The position numbers and the translations under genes are program-made. The notes beneath the pieces are model-generated. The model saw only the letters and a list, made by a program, of their open reading frames with translations, was not told the origin of the DNA and did no database searches. A stretch of 64,000 nt of DNA, from assembly GCA_028023455.1 (NCBI GenBank), contig JAQFVV010000001.1, forward strand, positions 2,976,001 through 3,040,000. Reading direction: 5' to 3'. Source of the DNA: Epiperipatus broadwayi (Eukaryota; Animalia; Onychophora). This document shows, piece after piece, positions 54,300 to 64,000 of this stretch (within the stretch, counting starts at the first letter, position 1; the number at the start of each line of letters is the position of its first letter).

Positions 54300-57030
54300 A
54301 AGAGTGATTCAGAGTTTGTACTTGTAATGTAAGATCTTGGAGAAGTGCTGGGAAATGAAAATAAGTAATATTAATGTTATGGAACTAAGTGAAATGGGAG
54401 AGCTTTGGGTAAATAACCAATGGGAATGTTAAGTTGGTTTATTCTGGGGGTGATATGGTAGACAATGAAAAAACAATTAGGAATAGTATTGCAAAGATAG
54501 ATTGTCCTGTTGATAGACTAATGATGATGATGATGATAACTGCAAGTCTTAAGGATTTTATATTTATATAAGAATATATGATAATGTACAAATAGATTAA
54601 CCATATGAAAAGATGAAGGAAGAATGCAATAAGAGAATTCAAAAGTATTTATATTGCTGTTTGATGGCTAAAATGCTGTTGTGGTGAAAGATTATAAAGG
54701 AAAAATTATTGGGAATTATAGTATTAAAAAAAAGGAATGAAAGTGGTAATCAGCTTTTGGAATTTTATAAAGAGAATAATATTGTAATTGCAAACATTTG
54801 GGTTAAAAATGATTCAAAAAGATTGTGTAGTTGGAAAATTTCAGATGATAGAGAAAAATATCAGTCTATATATCGACATAGGATAGATATAAAAATGCTA
54901 TTAAGGGCTCACATATTTTGCTTGCTCCTGATATAAATGCTGAGCATAATATAGTTATAGCTAAATTAAAGTTAAAGTTAGAAATGAAAAAAAGAAGAAA
55001 AAGATTTGCAAATATATATAGATCTTGGATGATTGAAAAAAGTGGAGAAAGAAAGGTTTTGTTTTATATGTGAGAAAATAATAAAGAGAATTTAATTGAT
55101 AAAGATGAATATAGGAATGATTCTAATAAACATTAGTATAGGATTGATTAATGAGGGAAATTTAAAATGACAAAAAATGTGATAGCAACTGTTTGATTAC
55201 AGAAAGCTAAACAATCTTGGATAATAAAAGGCATATTAAAGTGATGGAGGTGAAATAATGTCATTAGTGAGGAAGGGCAAAAATCATACAGAATAATGAA
55301 CCAAGGAGAGACACAAATTTAGCAAAATAAAAATGGTTGGAATAAGAATATTCAGATTGGGAAGGTTTCATCATTAAAAAAGATATGATCTAGTATTTGA
55401 TAGAATTAAAAATATCATTTGGGAAAACAAGAAATGGTTAATAATTGAAATAACTGATAAGAATGGAAAGAGAGTAACTGGTAAAGATATTATATTGAAA
55501 AAAATAGAGAAAAAAAATATCTTCAATATCTCTGTTCAGATAATAAAATGTTGGAATTAATTATGAACTTGAAAGTGAAGATGTTGAAGTAGATGAACAG
55601 TATATGTACATTTTTGAGAGAATTAAATCAATTAAAGAAATGGAAAGTGGTGAAACTGTCTGTTTTAATAAAATAACTAGAGAATTTCTGAAAGAGATGG
55701 GAGAAACTAATATGGGAAAAATTGTTGGACTGTGCAGTTTGGTATATAATAATAAAGTCTGGCTTAAAGATTTCTTGAGAACTATAATGATTTCAATTTC
55801 CTAAAAAAAAAAGAAAGCTGTCAGATTGAAGATACAGCCACATTTATTATTTTATGCTTCAAAAATATTATTGAGAATTTTAACTCAAATATTTATGGGA
55901 AGGTGAAATATTATATTGGAGAAGAACAGTTTGGTTTTCAGAGAGAGAAAATACAAGAAATGCTATTGGTGTTATTGTAACAATTGCAGATATATATATT
56001 GAAAAAAATAAAGAAATTGGTATATGTTTTGTAGATTTAGAAAAAGGATTTAATAATAGAGTAATATGGAATAAACTTATGAGCATACTGAATAATAAAA
56101 GAATATTTTGAAAAGAGAGAAGATTAATTTGGAATATGTATATTGGGCAAAGGATAATATTAGAGAATAATGAGATTGAGGAAGTATATATAGAAAGAGG
56201 AGTTAGACAAAGGTGCTGCATGGTACCTCTGTTTTTTTAATGTTTATTTAGAAGATGTGAGATAAATATTTAGACTGTGATGAAGCTAATATTAAAGGTA
56301 GAGTAATGAAATGTATAAGATTTTCAAATGGTGTAGCTCTTATAGCTGAAAATGAAAAATATCTTCAGAATATGTTGAAGAATTTTAAGGAAAAATAATG
56401 GGATATGGAATGAAGATTAATATTGAGTAAAGGAAGTGTTTATGGATAGAAAAGATTTAAAAAAAGATTACAAGTTTACTCATATTCATGTTAATATAGT
56501 TTGACATGTGAATGGATTTAAATATTTGGGTAGTTGGTTGAATGAGGATAAAAAAAATAAAGAATAACATTGTCAAAGGAGACCTTTGTCAAGACAAAGA
56601 AAATATTTTGTAGATCTTTGAAGAGAGATTTAAGGAAAATTTTAATTAGTGCTATGTATGGAGTGTATTATTATAAGGTTTGTGAAACATGAACAATAAG
56701 TAAAAAAAATAGACCCAGATTGGAGAAATCATGGCCACAAAAGGACAAAATTAATTGAATGAAAAAACAACAAATGATGTTTTAGTAAAAAATTATAGAT
56801 GGACATGTACTAAGAAGAAAAAATAATTTGATAAAGAATGTTGTGGAGGGAATAGTGAATGAAAGCAAGAAGAAAAAATAAGGAAGAGTGATGTTGCTGG
56901 ATGATGTAAGAAATGGGAAGATGTATGTGGAATTAAAGATTTAGGCAATGAACAGAGCAGAATTTATAAATTAGGTGTATGGATGCCTTCTGGATCTATC
57001 CATAAGATAGAACACTATTGATTAATTAAT
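54300..57030 (+). mobile_element. Near full-length decayed RTE-clade LINE
   Basis: APE RNESGNQLLEFYKENNIVIANIW (54709-54936), RT N-terminus ITREFLKEMGE...WLKDFLRTIMISI (55604-55804), QFGFQR/FVDLEKGF region at about 55930-56050, and an RTE-like 3' end near 56990-57030. Confidence 0.85.
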
Positions 57031-57064
57031 GTGCAAAGAACTAAATTTGACAGTATAAAATATC

Positions 57065-60000
57065 TGAGGAAAAAAGAGATGATTATCATTAGATTAAGCA
57101 AATCATACACATTTGGCAGTGTGCCAGTCATAATTGTATGTTCGTCTAACAAGAGCTAGCATCTAGGCAAAAGTACCTCAAATCCAATCATGTGCAAGAT
57201 ACATAAGTCAGGAACAATCATGAACCCTGCCCTCTTGCCTATTTTCCAGATCTATAACATTAAAAACAACATTTCTGATAACAAAGGAAATTTTATTCAT
57301 ACCCATCCCGAAGCAACAGCGAAGAAATAAGAGATTTAGATGGAATTACAATACTACTAGGCTTCAAACTCCAACCCCAAACATAGTGAAATAGCAAAAG
57401 TATTAGAATTATACCCTTTATAGTGTTTATTAATAAAGCTAGGGATTGGCCTAGGTCAATGAAAATCAGCTATAATAATGCAATCTAATTAACGATGGGT
57501 ATGCATAAATAATGAGGCAAAGCAGGTTTAATAATGATTATATAGTTAATAATTTATTAATATTAATAAAATAATGAATAAACATATTGGAATTTACAAA
57601 ATTGCAAACCTATTTATATATAGAGTCAATATGAATATAATTATGGATTTTACTTTGTTAAGGCTGATTTGCACGTTAAAGGAGTTACATAGTAAAAGAA
57701 TATAAGTTACAAATTAAATGATGCACAAATCTGCAGTTGTATATTACACTTCAAACAAGGTAGATATTCAATAGATGCAGCTTAATATGCTAACAGAAGA
57801 TATATACATTTTACCATATTATAAAACGTGAATGCTATGATTATTTTTATGAAAACTGATTGGCCTTAAATAGATAGATGGAATATGATACACATCACTA
57901 GTTCATTTGAACTACATACAAAAATATTTATTAATATGAATCATTTACTTCAACAATAATTGGAGTTTAATATGTTTAAACAGCATAATTATCTATATTT
58001 ATTTGATTCTCTTTTTACTTATTAGAAAAGATTTACTTAACATTAATCATTGGTGCACTCACACTTTCATAATGAGAGGGCAGGTAGCTTAAACAAGCTT
58101 TAAAATGACATTAACTAACTTTAAATAGAAACGAAAACATGAGACAGATTCAGAGATCATGGCATCACGTCTTACAGATTTAGAATGGGAAAATATAAAA
58201 ATATTAACAAGAATCACAGTGCTGACTGAAGTAATAATGTTAAAAATGGTGGAATCCATTTTAGGACGAATGCTTCATCAATATGAAAATGTAAAATTGC
58301 CTGGTACGCAAGACAGGTCAGCATTTGAAAGAAGAGGTGGTAACATGTAAGAATTCCATAGCCTGTTTTCCAGTATTATCCTACGCAGAGCTTACCGGCC
58401 ACCTTGATGATATCCAAGAGTTGGTGCTTCCAAACCCCAATACGCCATGAGAAAGAATCCCGTTTATCCGAGTTTTACGTTTGATAAAGCAAAAGGAAAT
58501 TTCATAATGTTATGTAAGTGCAGCAATGCAAAATAACTAAATCAGGTTCTTAATCACACTGATATATGAATTAAAGCCCTTATAATTTAATAGGATCCCA
58601 GCATAATGAAATGACATAAATTAATCCCTCTCAAAGGGTATGTAAATGACCTTCAAGATTCGTTAGAGTGTCATATATAAAAAGGAAGGATTATTGTTCC
58701 CTTCATTAAATAAATATTAATACGCCAATCAGCAATTACTTTTATAAATAGACTATCAGATTAAAATGGTGTGATAAGCAAATTATTGAAAATATAAAAC
58801 ACATAATAAAGGTAGGTCAATAAATTTACTTTATAGTATAATTTAAAAATAAAATCAATCGTGTAAAATATGGCAGTAACGAAACATATAAATGTAGCAG
58901 TGAATAAGCTGCCAGTAAGCAAATAGGGTAATTCAAAATATTTTCAATCAAACGAACCTTTAATTACGTAAGAAAGCTTACATTTAAAATAAGATATCCC
59001 ATAATTTCAAGGATAGTTATTAACAAAATTTAGTATCGGTTCTCTGGATTGAACTGTTAGCATTTCAAATTAAACAACATGAAATTTATAAAATAAAATA
59101 AAAGCATGCCACATTTAAAAGATTAGAATTAAGGAAATGTGAAACCCATAGAGAAATACATAGATAAAATTTTAGATTCGTGCATTATCTTTTAGAACAG
59201 AGAGAGAAAATCACTACCTTCTAGAACATCTACAATTAATATTACATTATTTTGATCAAAGGGAATTTTACACATAAGTTAGATTTTTGAAAATGAAAGT
59301 TTTACAGAGTTCATATTAGCGGCAAGCTTGTAATTTACCTTCCAAATCTTGATGTCTTCACGTATGTATGGATTTGAATGTGTAGAATTATAAATAAAGA
59401 GAACACAGTTAAGCAAGGCAAAGTTCGGACAAATAATGGTCGGCATCTTGAGGTAATTATGATAGCATTTAAATTAGGCAGTCCATAAGTGGAGATGGCA
59501 TGTTAACATAGCAGAGTGGAAATGATTTTGGAGAAGAACGGGGAAGCAAATTTAGCCCCTCTACTCTGGAGTCATATTTTAAAATTTAAACGGATGTGGG
59601 TCCGTTCTGCAAAGCTATAAAGATGGCGAATCAAGAGACTTAGCCTAAAATTTTGGCTCTATTTATACTCGTAAAAACCTTCTAGAATGTTCTCTGTTTC
59701 CGGTTGATATGGCCCGGATGTCCATTATGTGGCTGAAATACACCTATTGTCTAATTTTAACAATGACGCAACAAGTTCCAGAGAGTATTGTTTTAATCTA
59801 TTTCTAAAATGGAAATAGATTCAAAAGATATAATTTCCATTAACATTTAGTTTGCTAAGGGATTTTAACTTAATAATTACTTTTTAAAAACAAATCTTAG
59901 AATATTCTTTTATTTATAGATTTTACGTTTCCGAGTTATTTTAATTCCTCTGTAGAACTTTCTTTAGTATTGCATCAGAAAATAAAATACATGAACTAAA

Positions 60001-60414
60001 TAAAATATACATAACTCTGAAATAAATACGTATTTAATTACGGAAAGCATATTTCAAATAATATCGCACACCCATACATAACTATTAAATGGGCATGGAA
60101 ATTTAAATATTTCAAACTTAAAATTATTAAATATTCTTTTATACTAATAATGCTTAGTTTATAACCATAACAAAAATAATAACAGAGGGTTTTAAAACTT
60201 GTATGTGTGTCCTTTTCACTCTCTAGTGATTTCACACATATATAGATGAGTTTAAACCTCTGATTCAAGGTTTTGAATCACCAGACAGTGAAGCAAAAAT
60301 ATGTGTAATATATTTTCCACTTCATATTCCATAAATACGAGAACAAACAAAAAAAACAATAAAAAAAATTACTTAAAATAATTTCAGGTAGCAGGAAAAA
60401 CACATGATCTATCA
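57065..60414 (-). repeat. 3' LTR (homology proven only for 57120-57799; extension to about 60414 inferred)
   Basis: Terminus TGAG(g)AAAAAA at 57065 matches TGAG(at)AAAAAA at 63309, with a 36-bp indel. TATA/Inr at about 59660. Candidate PPT/TG boundary ggcagg|TGATAGA at 60414. Confidence 0.5.
59636..59667 (-). promoter_or_regulatory. TATA box plus initiator-like core promoter of the LTR
   Basis: Minus strand reads gagTATAAATAgagccaaaattttaggctaAGTC; TATA starts 27 nt upstream of the Inr-like AGTC. Confidence 0.5.
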
Positions 60415-60586
60415 CCTGCCAACTAACTTTTACATAACTTTGTCTTAATTATGAACTATATACACATTTCTTCTGCAACTATTCTTACTCTACACTGGTT
60501 GTCCCTATCCAGGTTACTTTTATTCTTTAAACATAATTATTGGTCATTTCCCTATTCGATTTATCCTTTTCCTATAATCTCTTATG

Positions 60587-61273
60587 TTATCCTTTCCCTG
60601 ATTTGCTTACTACCTCTGATTCACCTTGCTCTTCACATTCTATTTCTTCCTCATAAATATCTTCCCAGTATGATGTATCATCTTCAAGCTCTCTAACATA
60701 TTTTAGCCATCCCACTGAGTCTTCTTGAAATTTAGTAATATTTATTTCCACAATATTTCTCCCAGCTTCATGATTTTTCTCTATAATCCCTTTAAGATGG
60801 ATGTATTTCTCACATTGTATAATTGCAGATTGCTTGACCTCAGCACTAATACTTCCATCATCACCAGGCTGTATCAAGCATCCATCTGGTTCTTTCTCTT
60901 CATTATGAAATGGGATAGGTTTTCCCAGCAGTGTGCATGTTTTATCTGCATAACTAATGATGTCATTATATTGAATAAGAAAATCAGATCCCAAAAGCAT
61001 GTCCTGTACAAGTCCAGACATAATTATAGATGGATGTACTATAGGTTCTGGGGTCAAAGTATCTTCTAGCCATACTTGATAACTTTCACTTTTCATCTTC
61101 TTCCCATTTGCCAACAATAATGTAGTAGGTTTCATTGGAAGTGTCCTCACCTCCTTTACTTGATCCTTGTAATTCTGAAACCAATTTTTGGAAACAGCTG
61201 ATATGCAACTACCTAAGTCTAGTAAGGCAAGTGTATCATAAGTGCCAACTTTAACATTAATGGATGGATGCAC
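60587..61273 (-). CDS. Retroviral-type aspartic protease ORF (228 aa) with an acidic tail
   Basis: INVKVGTYDTLALLDLGSCISAVS (D-x-G active-site motif) and DMLLGSDFL (conserved LLG.DFL). Confidence 0.85.
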   Translation of the reverse strand: MHPSINVKVGTYDTLALLDLGSCISAVSKNWFQNYKDQVKEVRTLPMKPTTLLLANGKKMKSESYQVWLEDTLTPEPIVHPSIIMSGLVQDMLLGSDFLIQYNDIISYADKTCTLLGKPIPFHNEEKEPDGCLIQPGDDGSISAEVKQSAIIQCEKYIHLKGIIEKNHEAGRNIVEINITKFQEDSVGWLKYVRELEDDTSYWEDIYEEEIECEEQGESEVVSKSGKG

Positions 61274-61420
61274 ACTCTGGGCATTTTCAGTCTGTCTTTC
61301 ATTTTAATGGATGAGGGTAGTAACAGGGTTTAGATTACAAATAGGTTCATCTCCAGCTTTTTTGGCATGCTGCAAGGAAAAACTACTTGGTAATACATCA
61401 AGAGGCTCTATTCTATAATC

Positions 61421-62167
61421 CTATTTTATGGCTGTTTGGTTGCAATCCATCTGCCCTTCATAATCTCTATCTATATTATCTCTACCAATCATATGTACAC
61501 TTGCTTCTTCAAGTTTGCTAGACCTCTTTGAGGGTTCTATGGCTGGTTCCTCCAACAAAGTCATAGTTTCACTTCCTTGATTGGGTGTACCTTCATTTTC
61601 TTTATCTATTTGTGGATGATGGTTTTCCACTTCAATCTTCTCACTTTCACTGTTTTGAAGTGACTCATTTTGATTATGTAACAGGGTTTTATGTCTCACT
61701 TTTATCTGCTCAAGATCTTCACCTGTCTTTTTTACAACCTCTATTTCTTTCTTTGATACTTCCTGACCATGTGTTACATTTTGTGCCATTTCATGCCTTT
61801 GACTCTTTATCTCTATCTGCACATCTTGAAGATTTTTTAATTGTTCATCTTGTGCCTTTATGTCACATTGAGTTTCTGTGAGCATTATTTCTGAATATTG
61901 GACCTGTCTTTGTTTCTGATGGCACTCATCCTTTCCATCTTCAGTAGCTAGCATTGTTTCTCTATACTTTGGCATTGTCCAATTTTTTATCCATTGCATA
62001 CTTTGTCCTACCTTTTGGAAGTGTCTCCTAGATTCTTCAACTTGCTTCCTAGATTCTTCAGCTTGCTTCCTAAATTCTTCAGTTTGTTCTTTAAACATAC
62101 TACACATTATCATTATCAAGGCATGGTTGCCCTCTTCTGTTCCCAGATCTAAATTCGTGTTTTCCAT
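61421..62167 (-). CDS. Gag-like N-terminal coiled-coil ORF (248 aa)
   Basis: E/Q/K-rich heptad-like sequence located between the PBS and the protease; no capsid motif recognised. Confidence 0.55.
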   Translation of the reverse strand: MENTNLDLGTEEGNHALIMIMCSMFKEQTEEFRKQAEESRKQVEESRRHFQKVGQSMQWIKNWTMPKYRETMLATEDGKDECHQKQRQVQYSEIMLTETQCDIKAQDEQLKNLQDVQIEIKSQRHEMAQNVTHGQEVSKKEIEVVKKTGEDLEQIKVRHKTLLHNQNESLQNSESEKIEVENHHPQIDKENEGTPNQGSETMTLLEEPAIEPSKRSSKLEEASVHMIGRDNIDRDYEGQMDCNQTAIK

Positions 62168-63286
62168 CCTACTTCTATAGCTATGACTAAACTTTACTTA
62201 TTATTTAACTAAGAGTTATTTACCTTTTTATCTTCCCCTCATCGTCTCCCCTACTAATGCTCCCATCATCTTCCCACTTATATTTCTGCTATGCTGTACT
62301 TATCTAATGCCAACCTATATTATTATCCATTCTTGCTCTATTTTATTACCTATGTATCTATATTTATCTAACATATAAATAATGCAATAATCAAACAATA
62401 TATATATATATATATCAAAAAATTTTTTTTACCGTGCCTTCCTTCTGTTCCATCTGTTTTTCTGCACCTGAAACCAAATGCTAATATTTTTCATTAGTTT
62501 AATATATACACCCAAAAAAATATATACAAAATATAATGACTCTCTCTCTCTCATTGTTTACTCATTCTCTGATTTTCATATACACAATTGTTTTTACTTT
62601 TCTGAAGTGTTTACCGGTTGACAAAATTTATAAATGTATAAAAATACAAGGGCACCATGCCAACACAGTAGAAATAACACTTAAGGTAATATTTGGCCTT
62701 GTTTAGGCACACACATCGATAGATTGCTAAAATTAATGTAATTAAATTTATTCTAAGATTCATTTTTTAAAATAAAAAAAACAATTATTCTCATAAGATT
62801 CTGCTAATAAAAAAAATCTCTGCATGACTAAGTACATGCTAATTTTACAGGATTTTACATTTTATATAAGGCGTATCACACTGAGTAAGGTGGTATGTCT
62901 GACCTGGATTCAAAACCAGATACCATTTTGGTCATGACAAGACAATATGAACTCAGACCGCCAGAATATAATTAGAAAACGAACAAAATACAAATAAAAT
63001 CCCATGACAACTGCAACCAGGAATCGAAACCAAATACCATTTTGGTCACAATCCAAAATAAGTTATACAATTATCATAATAAACAAAAATTATACTAACA
63101 TTTCACACATTCTCACCACTCTAGGTATACTTAATTTATTATCTGGCCCACATTGCAGCATTAAGCTTAGGAAAACAAAAAAAACTTATACGTATATTCT
63201 TTGTTATTGTTTAAAACAGAAGAAAAATGTTATATGTACACATTAAATGCTCTCTTGGGTATTTCAGGGTGAGGGAATTTTGAAAG

Positions 63287-63304
63287 GCCTCATGTTGGGT
63301 GCCA
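63287..63304 (-). promoter_or_regulatory. Primer-binding site complementary to tRNA-Lys(CUU)
   Basis: TGGCACCCAACATGAGGC vs canonical TGGCGCCCAACGTGGGGC (three G-to-A changes, two at CpG). It lies 4 nt after the inferred LTR end ...CTCA. Confidence 0.85.
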
Positions 63305-63308
63305 AACC

Positions 63309-64000
63309 TGAGATAAAAAAAATACTATGTGCCAGTCAGAATTGTATGTTCATCTAACAAGAGCTAGCATCTAGGCAAAAGTACCTTGAATCCAATCATG
63401 TGCAAGATACATAAGTCAGGAACAATCATAAACCCTGCCCTCTTGCCTATTTTCTAGATCTATAACATTATGAACAACATTTCTGATAACTAAGGAAATT
63501 TTATTCATACCCATCCCGAAGCAACAGCAGAGAAACAAGAGATTTACAGGAAATTACAATACTACTAGGCTTCGAACTCCAACCCCCAAACATAGTGAAA
63601 TAGCAAAAGTAATAGAATTATACCCTTTATAGTGTTTATTAATAAAGCTAGGGATTGGCCTAGGTCAATGAAAATCAGCTATAATAATGCAATCTAATTA
63701 ATGATGGGTATGCATAAATAATGAGGCAAAGCAGGTTTAATAATAATTATATAGTTAATAATTTATTAATAAAATAATGAATAAACATATTGGAATTTAC
63801 AAAATTGTGAACCTATTTATATATAGAGTCAACACTAATATAATTATAGATTTCACTTTGTTAATGCTGATTTGCACATTAAAGGAGTTACATAGTAAAA
63901 TAATATAAGTTACAAATTAAATGATGTGCAAATCTGCAATTGTATATTACACTTCAAACAAGGTAGATATTCAATAGATGCGGCGTAATATGCTAGCAGA
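63309..64000 (-). repeat. 5' LTR, truncated by the window edge
   Basis: Direct repeat of 57065/57120-57799. Confidence 0.9.

Larger units (their letters stand above)
57065..64000 (-). mobile_element. Ty3/Gypsy LTR retrotransposon (Osvaldo/Ulysses/Woot-like), internally deleted, extends beyond the window
   Basis: Direct repeats 57120-57799 and 63328-64000 (roughly 94% identical by eye), tRNA-Lys PBS, coiled-coil gag-like ORF and aspartic protease ORF on the minus strand. Confidence 0.85.

Noticed and set aside
54180-54300. Possible HDV-like ribozyme at the 5' end of the RTE element (also considered at 43740-43830)
   Set aside because: A nested double pseudoknot could not be assembled by eye; this would need a descriptor search.
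63305-63327. Apparent 23-nt gap between LTR homology and the PBS
   Set aside because: Better explained by a 36-bp indel near the LTR terminus, with the true ends at TGAG 57065 and 63309.

Overview
Very AT-rich, CpG-depleted eukaryotic DNA, most consistent with an invertebrate animal; the species cannot be determined from the sequence. No host protein-coding gene can be called with confidence, and most ORFs in the supplied track are transposon remnants or shadows. The window is mostly decayed transposons: several RTE-clade LINE remnants, two L1/Tx1-like LINEs, two Penelope-like element (PLE) remnants with GIY-YIG endonuclease, a hAT-like DNA element containing a retrocopied pre-tRNA-Gly(TCC), a decayed tandem array of tRNA-like units, and a Ty3/Gypsy element (tRNA-Lys PBS, gag-like and protease ORFs, no recognisable RT or integrase) that runs off the right edge. 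The main result is a set of type I hammerhead ribozyme (HHR) motifs in four sequence families, found by manual folding. Family A lies in a 397-bp tandem retrozyme-like array folded head-to-head inside (AT)6 (9156-10495). Family B is at 22.8 and 38.6 kb. Family C is at 40.3 kb, inside a 134-bp-arm palindrome with a 15-bp TSD, and at 52.0 kb. Family D lies in Penelope pLTRs (26.7, 27.9, 39.4 kb); two of its copies carry an apparently compensated A3:U8 core instead of C3:G8. Ribozyme-bearing retrozymes and PLE hammerheads are known classes. Whether these families or the variant core are new, or catalytically active, needs database searches and cleavage assays that could not be run here. Coordinates of decayed elements are approximate; ribozyme, tRNA, TSD and repeat coordinates were indexed base by base.
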